Assembly (NCBI GenBank): GCA_963717145.1
Contig: OY970325.1
Location: 2,560,001 to 2,624,000 of the forward strand
Origin: an uncultured Armatimonadetes bacterium
GTDB lineage: Bacteria > Armatimonadota > UBA5829 > DTJY01
Direction: 5' to 3'
Length of the DNA stretch: 64,000 nt
The stretch's first letter is position 1, and each line of letters opens with the position of its first letter. A program made the position numbers and the translations under genes. The notes under the pieces are model-generated. The model ran no database searches. It saw nothing but the letters and a program-made list of their open reading frames with translations, and was not told the origin of the DNA. Below, one piece after another: positions 29,554-38,979 of the stretch.

Positions 29554-29690
29554 GGAGTGTGAAGCCAAATGAGACGTTACAAACTCTCTGAAATGCAAGA
29601 GGAACTCCGAGCCAGGGGTATCCCGGAACTCTCCGAGAGGCTCAAGAGGGAAACGGGATACGACCCGGTAGCACGCAAGCTTCGGCGCAA
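29554..29690 (+). ncRNA. candidate structured non-coding RNA or leader, family not identified
   Basis: starts ~7 nt after promoter; GTGTGAAGC/GCTTCGGCGC and CGTTAC/GTAGCACG closing stems; GTATCCCG/CGGGATAC apical stem; CTCT/AGAG hairpins. Confidence 0.5.
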
Positions 29691-29895
29691 CCCTCGTGAG
29701 GCAAAGGCGGCATATCGTGTGCGCCAACCAGAATGACGAACTCTCAGCCCTCCTTTCTGCCCACAGGGAGCGGCTGCTCAACCTTTCTCAGGGCAAGGAC
29801 ACCCTCCGATACCTCACGGCTGTCGCATCGGTGATCACCGATGCTTGTCTCTCTCTAGGCAATAGACCCCCCAACCATAGTCGGCGGGAGATCGT

Positions 29896-31876
29896 ATGAC
29901 TACCATTGACAAAGCCATACAAGCGTTTCGCGAAGTCGCCGCCAGCAACGGCGAGGTTTGGGGAGAAGAACTCGGACAGTTGGGCACGTTCGGCTGCCAG
30001 GCTGTAGACCCCCTCCTTGGCCTCCTCAGAGACGAGAGTCCCCAGGTACGTCGTGCGGCCTCTGATGTGATCGACCTCTGGCACACCGATGAGCGGATCG
30101 TGCAGCCACTGATAGCAACATTGGATGATCCCGACGATTGGGTGCGTCGGCAGGCCGCGTTCAGGCTTGGAGCCACGAGACATCTCCACGCCGTAGAGCC
30201 TCTGATCAGAGTCCTGGCTGACACTGACTCGTGCCTCAGAGAGCGGGCCGTCAAGTCGCTGTGCAAGATCGGAGGCGAACATGCGCTAGAGGCCGTCGTC
30301 CGTGTTCTTCATGAAGACTCTGACCCAAAGGTACGGGATACTGCAGCATGCGAGCTTGCGGACGCAAAGGTGTACAAGCCGCTGATAGAGGCGTGGACGA
30401 CTGGCACGGCTCTCCCGCCTCAGATAATGCCGGACGTACTTCGGGAGATCGGCGATGGTGAATCCAGGCTGCAGATCACCGCTCTGTTGGAACATGGTGA
30501 GAAACCTGGTGTGCGTAGGATGGCGGCGAGGGCTCTTGGGGAACTCGGTGATATAGAAGCGGTTGAGCCGTTGAGATCCGGACTCACGGATTCGGACTGG
30601 CGTGTGCAGTTGGAAGCTGCGGTGGCACTTCACAAGCTGGGCGATGACAGCGGAACTGATGTACTCGTCCGTTTGGCGCGGAGCAAGGAGTTGAGCAAGT
30701 CTCTCTCTGCAGCAAACTGGATCGGCGGTGTGCCCATACCGAAGGCGATCGAGGCTCTTGTCAACATGCCGGGGAAGAAGTACCAGAAACGCAACACAGC
30801 GCGTATACTGGCAGACATCGGCGATCCCAGAGGGATCGAGCCACTTCTCAAGGCCTTGGAGGAGGCTGACGGCAGTGCGGCACTCAACCTCAGCCACTAC
30901 AAGGACCCTCGCGTAGTAGACGCACTCGTTGCAGCTCTTGAAAACGAGGACTGGACGTTCAGGATAAGGGCGATCGAGGCACTCGGTATGATTGGCGATC
31001 CCCGTGCGGTCGACAGAATCGCCCCTCTTCTCAAGAGCGGCGCCAGGCTTGAACGACTCGAACGCGGCTGAAGCCCTTGATAGGATTGGCGATCCGAGTG
31101 CCACGGACGCGCTCATAGGAGCGCTCGATCCCAATGATGCGCATTTGCGAAGCAAAGCTGCTCAGGCTCTGGCCCGGATGCACACTCCTGAGGCAGAGAA
31201 GGCTCTGCTCGACCTGCTGCCCAATAACGACATCGATGCCATCAGCGGCACTTTCGCCTTCTTCGTAGAGAACCGGATTCCCGGCAGCGAGGGTCCGCTG
31301 ATCGAGGCGCTGAGATGCTACGGCACTGGGCCGATGGCCAATCATTATGTCGGATCCGAACACAAGAGGCTTGCTCGGGTCGGCAAACAGTGGCTCGCAA
31401 ATCATCCCAGTGCACGCAGGCGACCCGGTGGGAGTCTGCGCCTGTATGCCCCGTTTACGATAGCTGCGCATTTCCGTGATTGGAACATGGCCGTCATCTA
31501 CTGGGTAAGAACAGACCGCTCGGCATCATTGATGCCCTATCCGAAGATGATAGCTGATTACCGGATACTCTCCAGGGATGAGCGGTCGGCCGCAGAGGTG
31601 ATGATGAATGGACTTCTTAGCCGCGAGGAGTTCGGTATGCTGACTGCATACCTGAAGGATGCACACCACCTAGAGGTGCGTGAAGGCGTTGTGCCTTTGC
31701 CTTTTCCAGGTTACCGCATATGGGAGGGCAAGCGGGTTCCGTGGCGTCCACTCGCTCTCCATGGTGAGACCGATGGTTTCGTCCATTGGCAGCTTGACAT
31801 AGACGAAGGCTATTCCTTGCCGTTCAAGGTGTCCGGATACTTCCGGGTCCTTTCCCCTTGCCCTAGAATCCCTTGA
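29896..31876 (+). CDS. HEAT/PBS-lyase repeat protein with uncharacterised C-terminal domain, frameshift near 31040-31060
   Basis: many VR..AA.ALG.IGD.RAV.PL repeats; repeats continue (AAEALDRIGDPSATDALI) in ORF 30992-31876. Confidence 0.75.
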
Positions 31877-32999
31877 TCGCCTCGGAGACATCCGGGAGGA
31901 ACTTGCGGAGGGATTCCCAGGTGAAGAAGATCACCCCGTCCGCGCCGGCCTGCTTCGACATCGAGATGTGGCGCTTCACGTCGTCCGCCGTCGCCAGCGA
32001 GCCGTGGCTCGTGAGGACGCCGATCGTGATGTACATCGGGACGTTCTTCGTCACGGCGGCGCGGTTACCGTTCGCCGCCTCGATGAACGACTCGTCGGTG
32101 TATCGGTAGCCTGACGGGTTGATCCAGGTCAGCAGCCCCTCTTTGATCCACGTCTTCCAGTCCTGGCAGCTCTCGAAGTTGCCGACGTAGGTGTGCGCGC
32201 CCCAGCAGTAGCTCGATATCGGCAGCCCCGGTTTCGCCTTATGGACCGCCGCCTCGATCTCGCGCATGAAGAGGTTGATCTTGTCGGTCCGCCAGCGCTT
32301 CCATTCGGGCCAGATCGGGTGCGACCGGGCGGACGTGCTCACATCCGAGAGCGCCTTCTTGCCGCCTTCGGTATCGAGCGCCACATCCGGGCTGATCGAC
32401 ACGATCTCCGCCAGATCGACCTTGTGCTTCTCGAGGAAGTGCTCGCGGCCCGTGTCACTATAGGCCACTCGGTTCGGGCAGCGCATGTAGTCGAGGCTCA
32501 GGCCGTCGACGTCATAATTCGAGACCAGTTCGGCGATCAGTGCCGCCTCGTACGCGCGGGCATCCGCGTTCCCAGGGTCGATGTAGCCCCTTCGACCGCC
32601 TTCGAAGTAGCACGCCCAGGACGGGTTCTTCTGAAGCAGCGAATTCATCACCTTGTCGCCGCCTTCCGTGGAGACGCAGACGACCGGATAGACCTTCAGG
32701 CCGACCGCGTGGGCATACTCGACGACCATCTCCATGTACTGGCGGTTCGCGACCAGGTCCGGCGGCGCGACCTTGCTGTCCCAGTTGACCGCACCGCTGG
32801 TATGCTTGCCGGCCGGCAGGATGAAGTCGATCCCGGCGGCCTTGATCGCCTTCATCTCCTTGAGGAGCAGGCGCGGCGACTTGATCTCCTCCGAGAACCT
32901 GACGTAGACGCCGGCTTTCCCAGGCATGTCCGAGGCCTGGAGTATTCCCGAAACCAACAGCACGGCGATCATAGCAGGCATCATTCGGCACATGGGCAC
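31863..32999 (-). CDS. secreted GHL10-like (family 10 glycosylhydrolase-like) protein
   Basis: signal peptide; AHAVGLKV, YIDPG, ELVSNYDVDGLSLDYMR, QDWKTW. Confidence 0.75.
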   Translation of the reverse strand: MPMCRMMPAMIAVLLVSGILQASDMPGKAGVYVRFSEEIKSPRLLLKEMKAIKAAGIDFILPAGKHTSGAVNWDSKVAPPDLVANRQYMEMVVEYAHAVGLKVYPVVCVSTEGGDKVMNSLLQKNPSWACYFEGGRRGYIDPGNADARAYEAALIAELVSNYDVDGLSLDYMRCPNRVAYSDTGREHFLEKHKVDLAEIVSISPDVALDTEGGKKALSDVSTSARSHPIWPEWKRWRTDKINLFMREIEAAVHKAKPGLPISSYCWGAHTYVGNFESCQDWKTWIKEGLLTWINPSGYRYTDESFIEAANGNRAAVTKNVPMYITIGVLTSHGSLATADDVKRHISMSKQAGADGVIFFTWESLRKFLPDVSEAIKGF

Positions 33000-33139
33000 A
33001 TTCCTTTCGATTCAGAGCTACTCATCCGTTCGGTACACCTTCCTCTGTGTCCTCCGTCCCTCCGCGGTTTGGTTGGGGCATTTGACTCCTCGCGGGCGGG
33101 AATGGTAGTGTTGGCATGATTGCACATGGAGGGTCAGAG

Positions 33140-34891
33140 ATGAAGCGAAGGGATGTGTTGAAGGGCATGGTTGCCGGAGTAGGTGCATTGGGACTCGGGG
33201 GGCTGAATGGTGTCGAGGCCGCGACGGAGAAGGCGGGGAAGCCGATCGAGCAGAATGAGATGAAGTTCTGGTCGGAGTCCTCGCTCAAGCGGGTATTCCC
33301 CAACTCCCCCGTGGGTGACGCCGCTCCGCTCAAGCTGTTGGCGGCACGGAACGAGCAGATCTCGTTCCAGGGGTGTCTGCGAGTCCTGAAGACGACGGCG
33401 GTTCGTGTCCGGGCGGCGATCAACGGCGCGGACGGTCTTTCGCCGATATTCCGAAGAGTCGGCTACGTCCCGCTCCAGGGGCTCGATATCGACGTCCCCA
33501 AGGATGAGATCGACGGGATCGGCCAGATCCCCGGGCTCGCACCCGATCCGCTCTATCCCGAGGACTGGGCGCACGTCGGACCGGAGGCGAATTGCGCCTT
33601 CTGGTTCACGTTGACCATCCCCAAGGACACTCAGCCCGGAACCCGCAATCTCACGGTCCGGCTCACCATCGAGGACGAAACGGGTCACACGGGCTGGCTC
33701 GGCGTCAAGCCGTGGAGCGTTGAGCTTCCGGTCGAGTTGACCATCCATCCGCTGGTCGTGCAGCGTCGGAAAGACTTCCCGGTCACTCACTGGATATTCG
33801 TAGAGTCGATCTGGGACTGGTACAAGATCGAGCCGTACAGCGACCGGTTCTGGGAGCTGGCGGAGGCATACGTCGCGGATATGACCGCTCACGGCGTGGA
33901 CTGCATCTACTCGCCGATATTCAACAACCGCCATGAGATCATCCCACGGCCGGCCCAGCTCCTGAAGGTCAGGCGAACGGGACCGGATGCCTACGAGTTC
34001 GACTTCAGCGATGTGCGGCGCTGGATACGGATGGCCGTGAAGTGTGGGGCGAACTACGTGGAGTTCACACATTTCTTCACCCCCGCGCCGACGAGCGGCC
34101 GGTATCCTCAGCACATCTGGGAACGATGGGACAAGATGGGCGAGATGCTCTGGCCGACGGAGATCAGCGCGACGTCGGATACCTATCGGAAGTTCCTGGC
34201 GCAGTTCCTGCCCGAGTTCAAGCGCGTGCTCGAAGAGGAAGGCGCGCTCGATAGATCGCTCTTCCACTGCGCGGACGAGCCCGATGGGGACGAGCAGATG
34301 GCTGATTACCGCAAGGCACGGGGGCTGCTGAAGGAACTCGCGCCGTGGATGAAGGTCATGGACGCCATGAGCGATCCCCGGTTTGCGACCGATCGCCTCA
34401 CCGACATGCCCGTGCCGAGCATCGTGACGGCCCCTCAGTTCACGGCGGCGGGATGCCCTGCATGGACATACTTCTGCTGCGGTCCGAGAGGGCGTTTCCT
34501 TCAGCGGCTGCTCGATACTCCGCTGCCGAAGCTTCGCATGGCGGGATGGCTCTTCTACAAGCTCGGCGCCAAGGGATTCCTGCACTGGGGGCACAACTAC
34601 TGGCACGTGTTCTGCACGGGGACGATGGGCAACCCGTTCCACGATCCGGCGAATGGCTCGTGGCCGTGGCTTCCATACGGCGACCCGTTTGTCGTCTATC
34701 CCGGCGCGGACGGACCGATGAGTTCGGTACGGTGGGAGGTCTTGTGCGAGAGCCTGCAGGACTATGCGCTCCTCCAGTCGGCAGGAATCAAGCCGGACGA
34801 CCCGATGCTGGCGGAGTTGAAGGACTACGAGACGTTCCCCAAGTCCGAGAACTGGCTGAAGGCGGCGCGGAAGCGGATCCTGACGGGCTAG
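33140..34891 (+). CDS. DUF4091 domain glycoside hydrolase-like protein with Tat signal
   Basis: MKRRDVLK twin-arginine leader; ARNE, DEP, WTYFCCGP, GFLHWG.N.W, GDPFVVYP, SSVRWEVL.ESLQDY. Confidence 0.8.
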   Translation: MKRRDVLKGMVAGVGALGLGGLNGVEAATEKAGKPIEQNEMKFWSESSLKRVFPNSPVGDAAPLKLLAARNEQISFQGCLRVLKTTAVRVRAAINGADGLSPIFRRVGYVPLQGLDIDVPKDEIDGIGQIPGLAPDPLYPEDWAHVGPEANCAFWFTLTIPKDTQPGTRNLTVRLTIEDETGHTGWLGVKPWSVELPVELTIHPLVVQRRKDFPVTHWIFVESIWDWYKIEPYSDRFWELAEAYVADMTAHGVDCIYSPIFNNRHEIIPRPAQLLKVRRTGPDAYEFDFSDVRRWIRMAVKCGANYVEFTHFFTPAPTSGRYPQHIWERWDKMGEMLWPTEISATSDTYRKFLAQFLPEFKRVLEEEGALDRSLFHCADEPDGDEQMADYRKARGLLKELAPWMKVMDAMSDPRFATDRLTDMPVPSIVTAPQFTAAGCPAWTYFCCGPRGRFLQRLLDTPLPKLRMAGWLFYKLGAKGFLHWGHNYWHVFCTGTMGNPFHDPANGSWPWLPYGDPFVVYPGADGPMSSVRWEVLCESLQDYALLQSAGIKPDDPMLAELKDYETFPKSENWLKAARKRILTG

Positions 34892-35024
34892 CAGTCTTGC
34901 CGGTTCTGCTCAAGAAACATGTGATCGCCCTGAGGAGACAGTTGCTGGAGGCCGATAATATGTGTGGGTGATTTCAGGAGCTAGCGCACTTTGTTACCAT
35001 CCAAGATGGGTCTTCTTTTCGTTT

Positions 35025-35055
35025 CAGCCTGTCCTTCGGGGCAGGCTGTTTTTTT
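35025..35055 (+). terminator. intrinsic terminator
   Basis: CAGCCTGTCC-ttcg-GGGCAGGCTG followed by a T run. Confidence 0.8.
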
Positions 35056-35851
35056 ATGTCTCCTCGGAGATCGGCATCACCTCGGCCCAGGTGTCGCGGT
35101 CGAGGAAGCTTCCCTCGGCATTGGCCTCCATCTCGGCGAACATGGTATATGGCACCGTGAATGACAGAATGTCCTTGCCGACCACACGGTTCGTGATCTT
35201 CCGTGCGGAGAGATCGGTCAGCCCGATGACCGCCCTGGGGGTATCGGATTCGGCCTCTCGATAAGCCAGGATGCCTATCTGCTGGCAGCCGGCCCCCATC
35301 GGAGCGATCACGTTGTCGGACGTCTCGCGTCCGTAGTTCGCGAGCACAATCAGCGCCGAAAGCTGGTCGGGATTCACCAGGAACACGACGTTCTTCGGGA
35401 TCTCGTCGTCCGCGACCGACTCCAGCGGCTTGAACACAACATACTTCGCGGGGATGTCGCAGATCGGCAGCGCCTCGATAAACTTGCGGGCGAGTTCCGG
35501 GGTCTTGATGTACCGCTCGCCCTTGTCCATGTCGGGCATGGACTCGGCCATCCTTAAGCCGGCCTCGGTCTTGCAGAACTCCGGGTTGCCGTTCGACAGG
35601 AAATACTCGATCCCGCCCGGGAAATCGTCATAGGCGCTTCCGAATCCCATGCCGCTGGTACCGCCCTTGCAGCCGACCGTCTCCCGGCTGCAGACAGCGG
35701 TCTTCCCCCTGGCGGCACTGGTCACGAGTGACATAACGCATCCCCATCGTCCGTCTTTGAACTCGAGGGCGCCCTCCGGCTTCTCGTCGCTCCACAACAG
35801 GGCGACCGGGGAGTGTTTGATCCTGATGGCCTTTGCGATCTTGCTCTGCAT
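35054..35851 (-). CDS. DUF169 family protein
   Basis: HSPVA, WGCV, GCKGG, VFLVNPDQLSAL, GAGCQ, IGLTDLSAR. Confidence 0.75.
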   Translation of the reverse strand: MQSKIAKAIRIKHSPVALLWSDEKPEGALEFKDGRWGCVMSLVTSAARGKTAVCSRETVGCKGGTSGMGFGSAYDDFPGGIEYFLSNGNPEFCKTEAGLRMAESMPDMDKGERYIKTPELARKFIEALPICDIPAKYVVFKPLESVADDEIPKNVVFLVNPDQLSALIVLANYGRETSDNVIAPMGAGCQQIGILAYREAESDTPRAVIGLTDLSARKITNRVVGKDILSFTVPYTMFAEMEANAEGSFLDRDTWAEVMPISEET

Positions 35852-35879
35852 GATGTGATCTCCTTGACTCCCGCTGTAC

Positions 35880-36025
35880 GAATGCACCCGGATTATTCGT
35901 GATAGGCTCAAGACGCGTACACTCTGTCATTCTGAGCGAAGTGAAGAATCTGGCGAGCGGCGTATTGCTCAAGGAGCCAGATTCTTCACTTCGCTCAGAA
36001 TGACACGAATAATCCGGGTGCATTC
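35880..36025. repeat. nested inverted repeats: outer 22-bp pair around inner TGTCATTCTGAGCGAAGTGAAGAATCT pair (family B)
   Basis: outer GAATGCACCCGGATTATTCGTG (35880-35901)/36004-36025; inner 35925-36005. Confidence 0.88.
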
Positions 36026-37773
36026 ACTCCATCTTGAGTTGGCCGGACCGGAGCCCGTCCGCCACTTCCTGAGGTACCCCGATCGGGGCGAGGCTGAACC
36101 TCGGGCCGGTCGGCGTGCGATTCGCCACGATCTGCCTGATCCAGCACTCGTCAAGCCTCTGCGGGAAGTCCGAGCGGTAATGAGTGCCCCGGCTCTCCTC
36201 GCGCACCTTCGCCGCACCGGTGATCACGGACGCGAGTTCGACCAGATTCCGCAGTTCGAGGCACGACCGCAGGTTCCACGGGCGCGATCTCTTCAGCCTG
36301 GTCGCCATCTTCGCGATAATGCGGTTCGCCTCCGTGAGCCCCTGCGCGTGCCTGACGACCGACACGTAGTTCCACATCGTGGCCTTCAGTCCCTCAGTCA
36401 CACCACTCCAGGTGCCGCCCGTCTCAGGCGGCACGGCGGAGATGTTCCGAAACTGTCGATCGGCCCACGCGCGCACGAGGTCCGCCTCGCCGATGAACTT
36501 GTGCTCGCCGGCATACTTAGCGGCCTCACCCCCGGCGATCGCCCCGAAGACTTGGGTGTCCGCGAGCGCGTTCCCACCCGGCCTGTCCGCCCCGTGTTGA
36601 CCGCCCGCGGCCTCTCCACATGCGAACAGACCCGCGATATCTGTGGCGGCGCGCTCGTCGATCAGGATGCCGCCGTTGAAATGCTGGACGCACGGTGCGA
36701 ACTCGACCGGCTCCTTGCGGATATCGATCCCACGCGCGAGCAGATGCTCGAACGGCACGCGAGCCCTGGACTCGATCTCGGCGGCGGAGTTGTGCGATAT
36801 GTCGAGGAAGACACCGCCGTGCGGACCGGGAGCGCCATGCTTCATCTCGTCGTATATCGCGATGTCGACGAACATGGACTCATTCCGGACACTGAACGGG
36901 AATGAAACGCCCTTGAGTTCCAGCGCCTTCGCCAAGTCGATATCCGACGGCACGCGTTCGGGCAGGAATTCCCCGCCCTGGCCGTTCAAGAGCCTCGGAT
37001 TCATCCGCCAGAAGACCCCGGAGAGCGCGAACTTCACGGGGTGGATGATGCACGGACCGATCTGGATGAACTCCATGTTCACGAGCCGCGCGCCGGCCCG
37101 GTAAGCCATCGCCATTCCGTCTCCGGTCATGCCCTCGGGGAAGACGTTGAACCAGTACAACTCGCCGGGACCGCCGGTCGAGATCACCACCGCGGGCGCG
37201 GTGAATGTGACCATATTGCCCTGAGCGCTGATGCCCCAGCAGCCGACGAGGCGTTTCGCCCCCGATTCGCTGACGACCAGATCGACCGCCTGAACGCCTT
37301 CGACGAAGCGAACACCGACCTCCTGAGCCTTCGACATGAGCACGCGCATGATCTCGGGCCCGGTCTCAGTTCCCTTGCCGCACGCTCGGGGAAATCGCGC
37401 CCCGTCCGACAGTATCTGCACGAACTTGCCGTCCTGCTTGTCGAAGCACGCGCCGTAGCTCTCCAGGTCCAGGAGCCGATCCGGCGCGTCGAAGGCGATC
37501 TTGCGGGCGAGGTCCGGACGCGCGACGAGGCCGCCCTTGATCATGATGTCGAGCCAGTGCTCGGTCGGCGAGTCCGCGGGGTCGGCGTGACCGAACGCCG
37601 CGCCGTAAGCCATCCAGTCGGAGGCAGAGTTGACCGTGCAGCCGCTCTTGCCGGCTGCCCCCCGCTCGAACGACGATGACGTCCGCGTCGGCCTCACGAG
37701 CGGCGATGGCCGCGCGGAGTCCGGCGCTCCCGGCCCCGACGATCAGGACATCGGATTGGTACTCAGTTTGCAT
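36024..37773 (-). CDS. FAD-dependent oxidoreductase, SdhA/FrdA/NadB flavoprotein family, frameshift near 37665
   Basis: DVLIVGAGSAGLRAA (ORF 37366-37773) joins TGDGMAMAYRAGARLVNMEFIQ, QHFNGG, HGADRPGGNAL, REESRGTHYRSDFP. Confidence 0.82.
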
Positions 37774-37790
37774 GGATTCCTCAATTCAAC

Positions 37791-37898
37791 GGTTGATGGT
37801 TGATGGTTCATGGTTGATGTGGGGCCATTCGCCCATAAACCATCAGCCATTCCCCCATTAACCATCAGCCATTCCCCCATTAACCATCGACCATCAAC
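37791..37898. repeat. GGTTGAT/CCATCAA heptamer arrays in inverted arrangement
   Basis: GGTTGATGGTTGATGGTTCATGGTTGAT ... two copies of AACCATCAGCCATTCCCCCATT ... CCATCGACCATCAAC. Confidence 0.8.
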
Positions 37899-38971
37899 TG
37901 TCCAGTCTCATGACATTATGAACACCGTGGGTTGAAAAGAAGGAGGTGCATGCGGTAGTCTCTTTGATGATCGCCAAACCAAAAAAGGAGACCACTTCGC
38001 ATGCAGATCCATTCTAACGCAACCAGCAATATGAAGCAACGGCGGTTTTTCAGGCAGAGTCCCAAGAGCTGCAGAAAGCTCGCAGATATCTGCCATGTAT
38101 CGCCGGCAACAGTCTGCAAATGGAAGGCCCGGGGTGACCAGCAAGACCGCAGCAGTCGGCCCAGGAAGATCCATTATGCATTCAGCCCCGAAGAGGAGGA
38201 GATCATCCTCTCGCTCCGGGACAAAGGTCTAGCACTCGATGCACTGGTGCGTGCAGTAGTCACAGTTCTGCCGAATGCAGAACGCGCCAGTATACATCGC
38301 TTACTGAGCAGAAAAGGGGTGAGCAGACTCCCCCAGTACCAAAAAGAAAAGAGAGAAAGTCCAGGCAAGTTCAAAGAGTATCTGCCTGGATACCTTCACA
38401 TAGACTGTTTCTACCTGCCCAAGATCGGGGGCAAGAGGAAGTATTGCTTCGTTGCGGTAGACAGAGCAACAAGGCTAGCCTTCCTCCAGGTGTACGACAA
38501 CCTAACCAAGGAATCCGCAGTGGGCTTCCTTGGACTGTGCATGTGGTTCTATCCGTTCATGATCCACAAGATCCTGACAGACAACGGTAGAGAGTTCACT
38601 CTGGCCAATTGGAGCCGTTGGGGCAGTCCGGCGAAGAGACCTCACTTCTTTGATGAAGTATGCTCAGCCTGTGGTATTGAACACAGGCTCACCCGGCCGT
38701 ATACACCAAAGACCAACGGTCTGGTGGAACGCATGAACGGACTGATCCAGGAGGGCACGTACAAGATGCACAGATATCCTGGATATCCGGAGTTGATAGA
38801 TGGACTCCACCAGTGGCTGACCATCTACAATCTAAGGAGACAGCACAGCGCGATCGGTGGCAAGACACCCTATGAGAAGGTCTGCGATTGGTACGCGCAA
38901 AGACCAGATCTGTTTATCAAAGAGCCTACCGACTTACTGAACTACCGTTCACAACGTGGTGGGACTTGACA
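37899..38971 (+). mobile_element. IS481-family insertion sequence, complete, 6-bp target duplication ATCAAC
   Basis: ends TGTCCAGTCTCATGACATTATGAAC / GTTCACAACGTGGTGGGACTTGACA (imperfect 25-bp IR, TGT...ACA); ATCAAC at 37893-37898 and 38972-38977; lower GC. Confidence 0.92.
38001..38969 (+). CDS. IS481-family DDE transposase
   Basis: HSNA...HTH...DRSSRP; HID, VDRATR, TDNGREF, TRPYTPKTNGLVERMN, YN.RRQHSAIGGKTP. Confidence 0.93.
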   Translation: MQIHSNATSNMKQRRFFRQSPKSCRKLADICHVSPATVCKWKARGDQQDRSSRPRKIHYAFSPEEEEIILSLRDKGLALDALVRAVVTVLPNAERASIHRLLSRKGVSRLPQYQKEKRESPGKFKEYLPGYLHIDCFYLPKIGGKRKYCFVAVDRATRLAFLQVYDNLTKESAVGFLGLCMWFYPFMIHKILTDNGREFTLANWSRWGSPAKRPHFFDEVCSACGIEHRLTRPYTPKTNGLVERMNGLIQEGTYKMHRYPGYPELIDGLHQWLTIYNLRRQHSAIGGKTPYEKVCDWYAQRPDLFIKEPTDLLNYRSQRGGT

Positions 38972-38979
38972 ATCAACCA

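Noticed and set aside
29554-29700. Assignment of the structured RNA to c-di-GMP-II, Moco or c-di-AMP riboswitches
   Set aside because: Only short motif resemblances (GTGAA...GCAACC, CTCCGAGC); other required conserved elements not found
37791-37898. CRISPR-like direct repeats before the IS
   Set aside because: Adjacent heptamer-derived tandem units with no unique spacers
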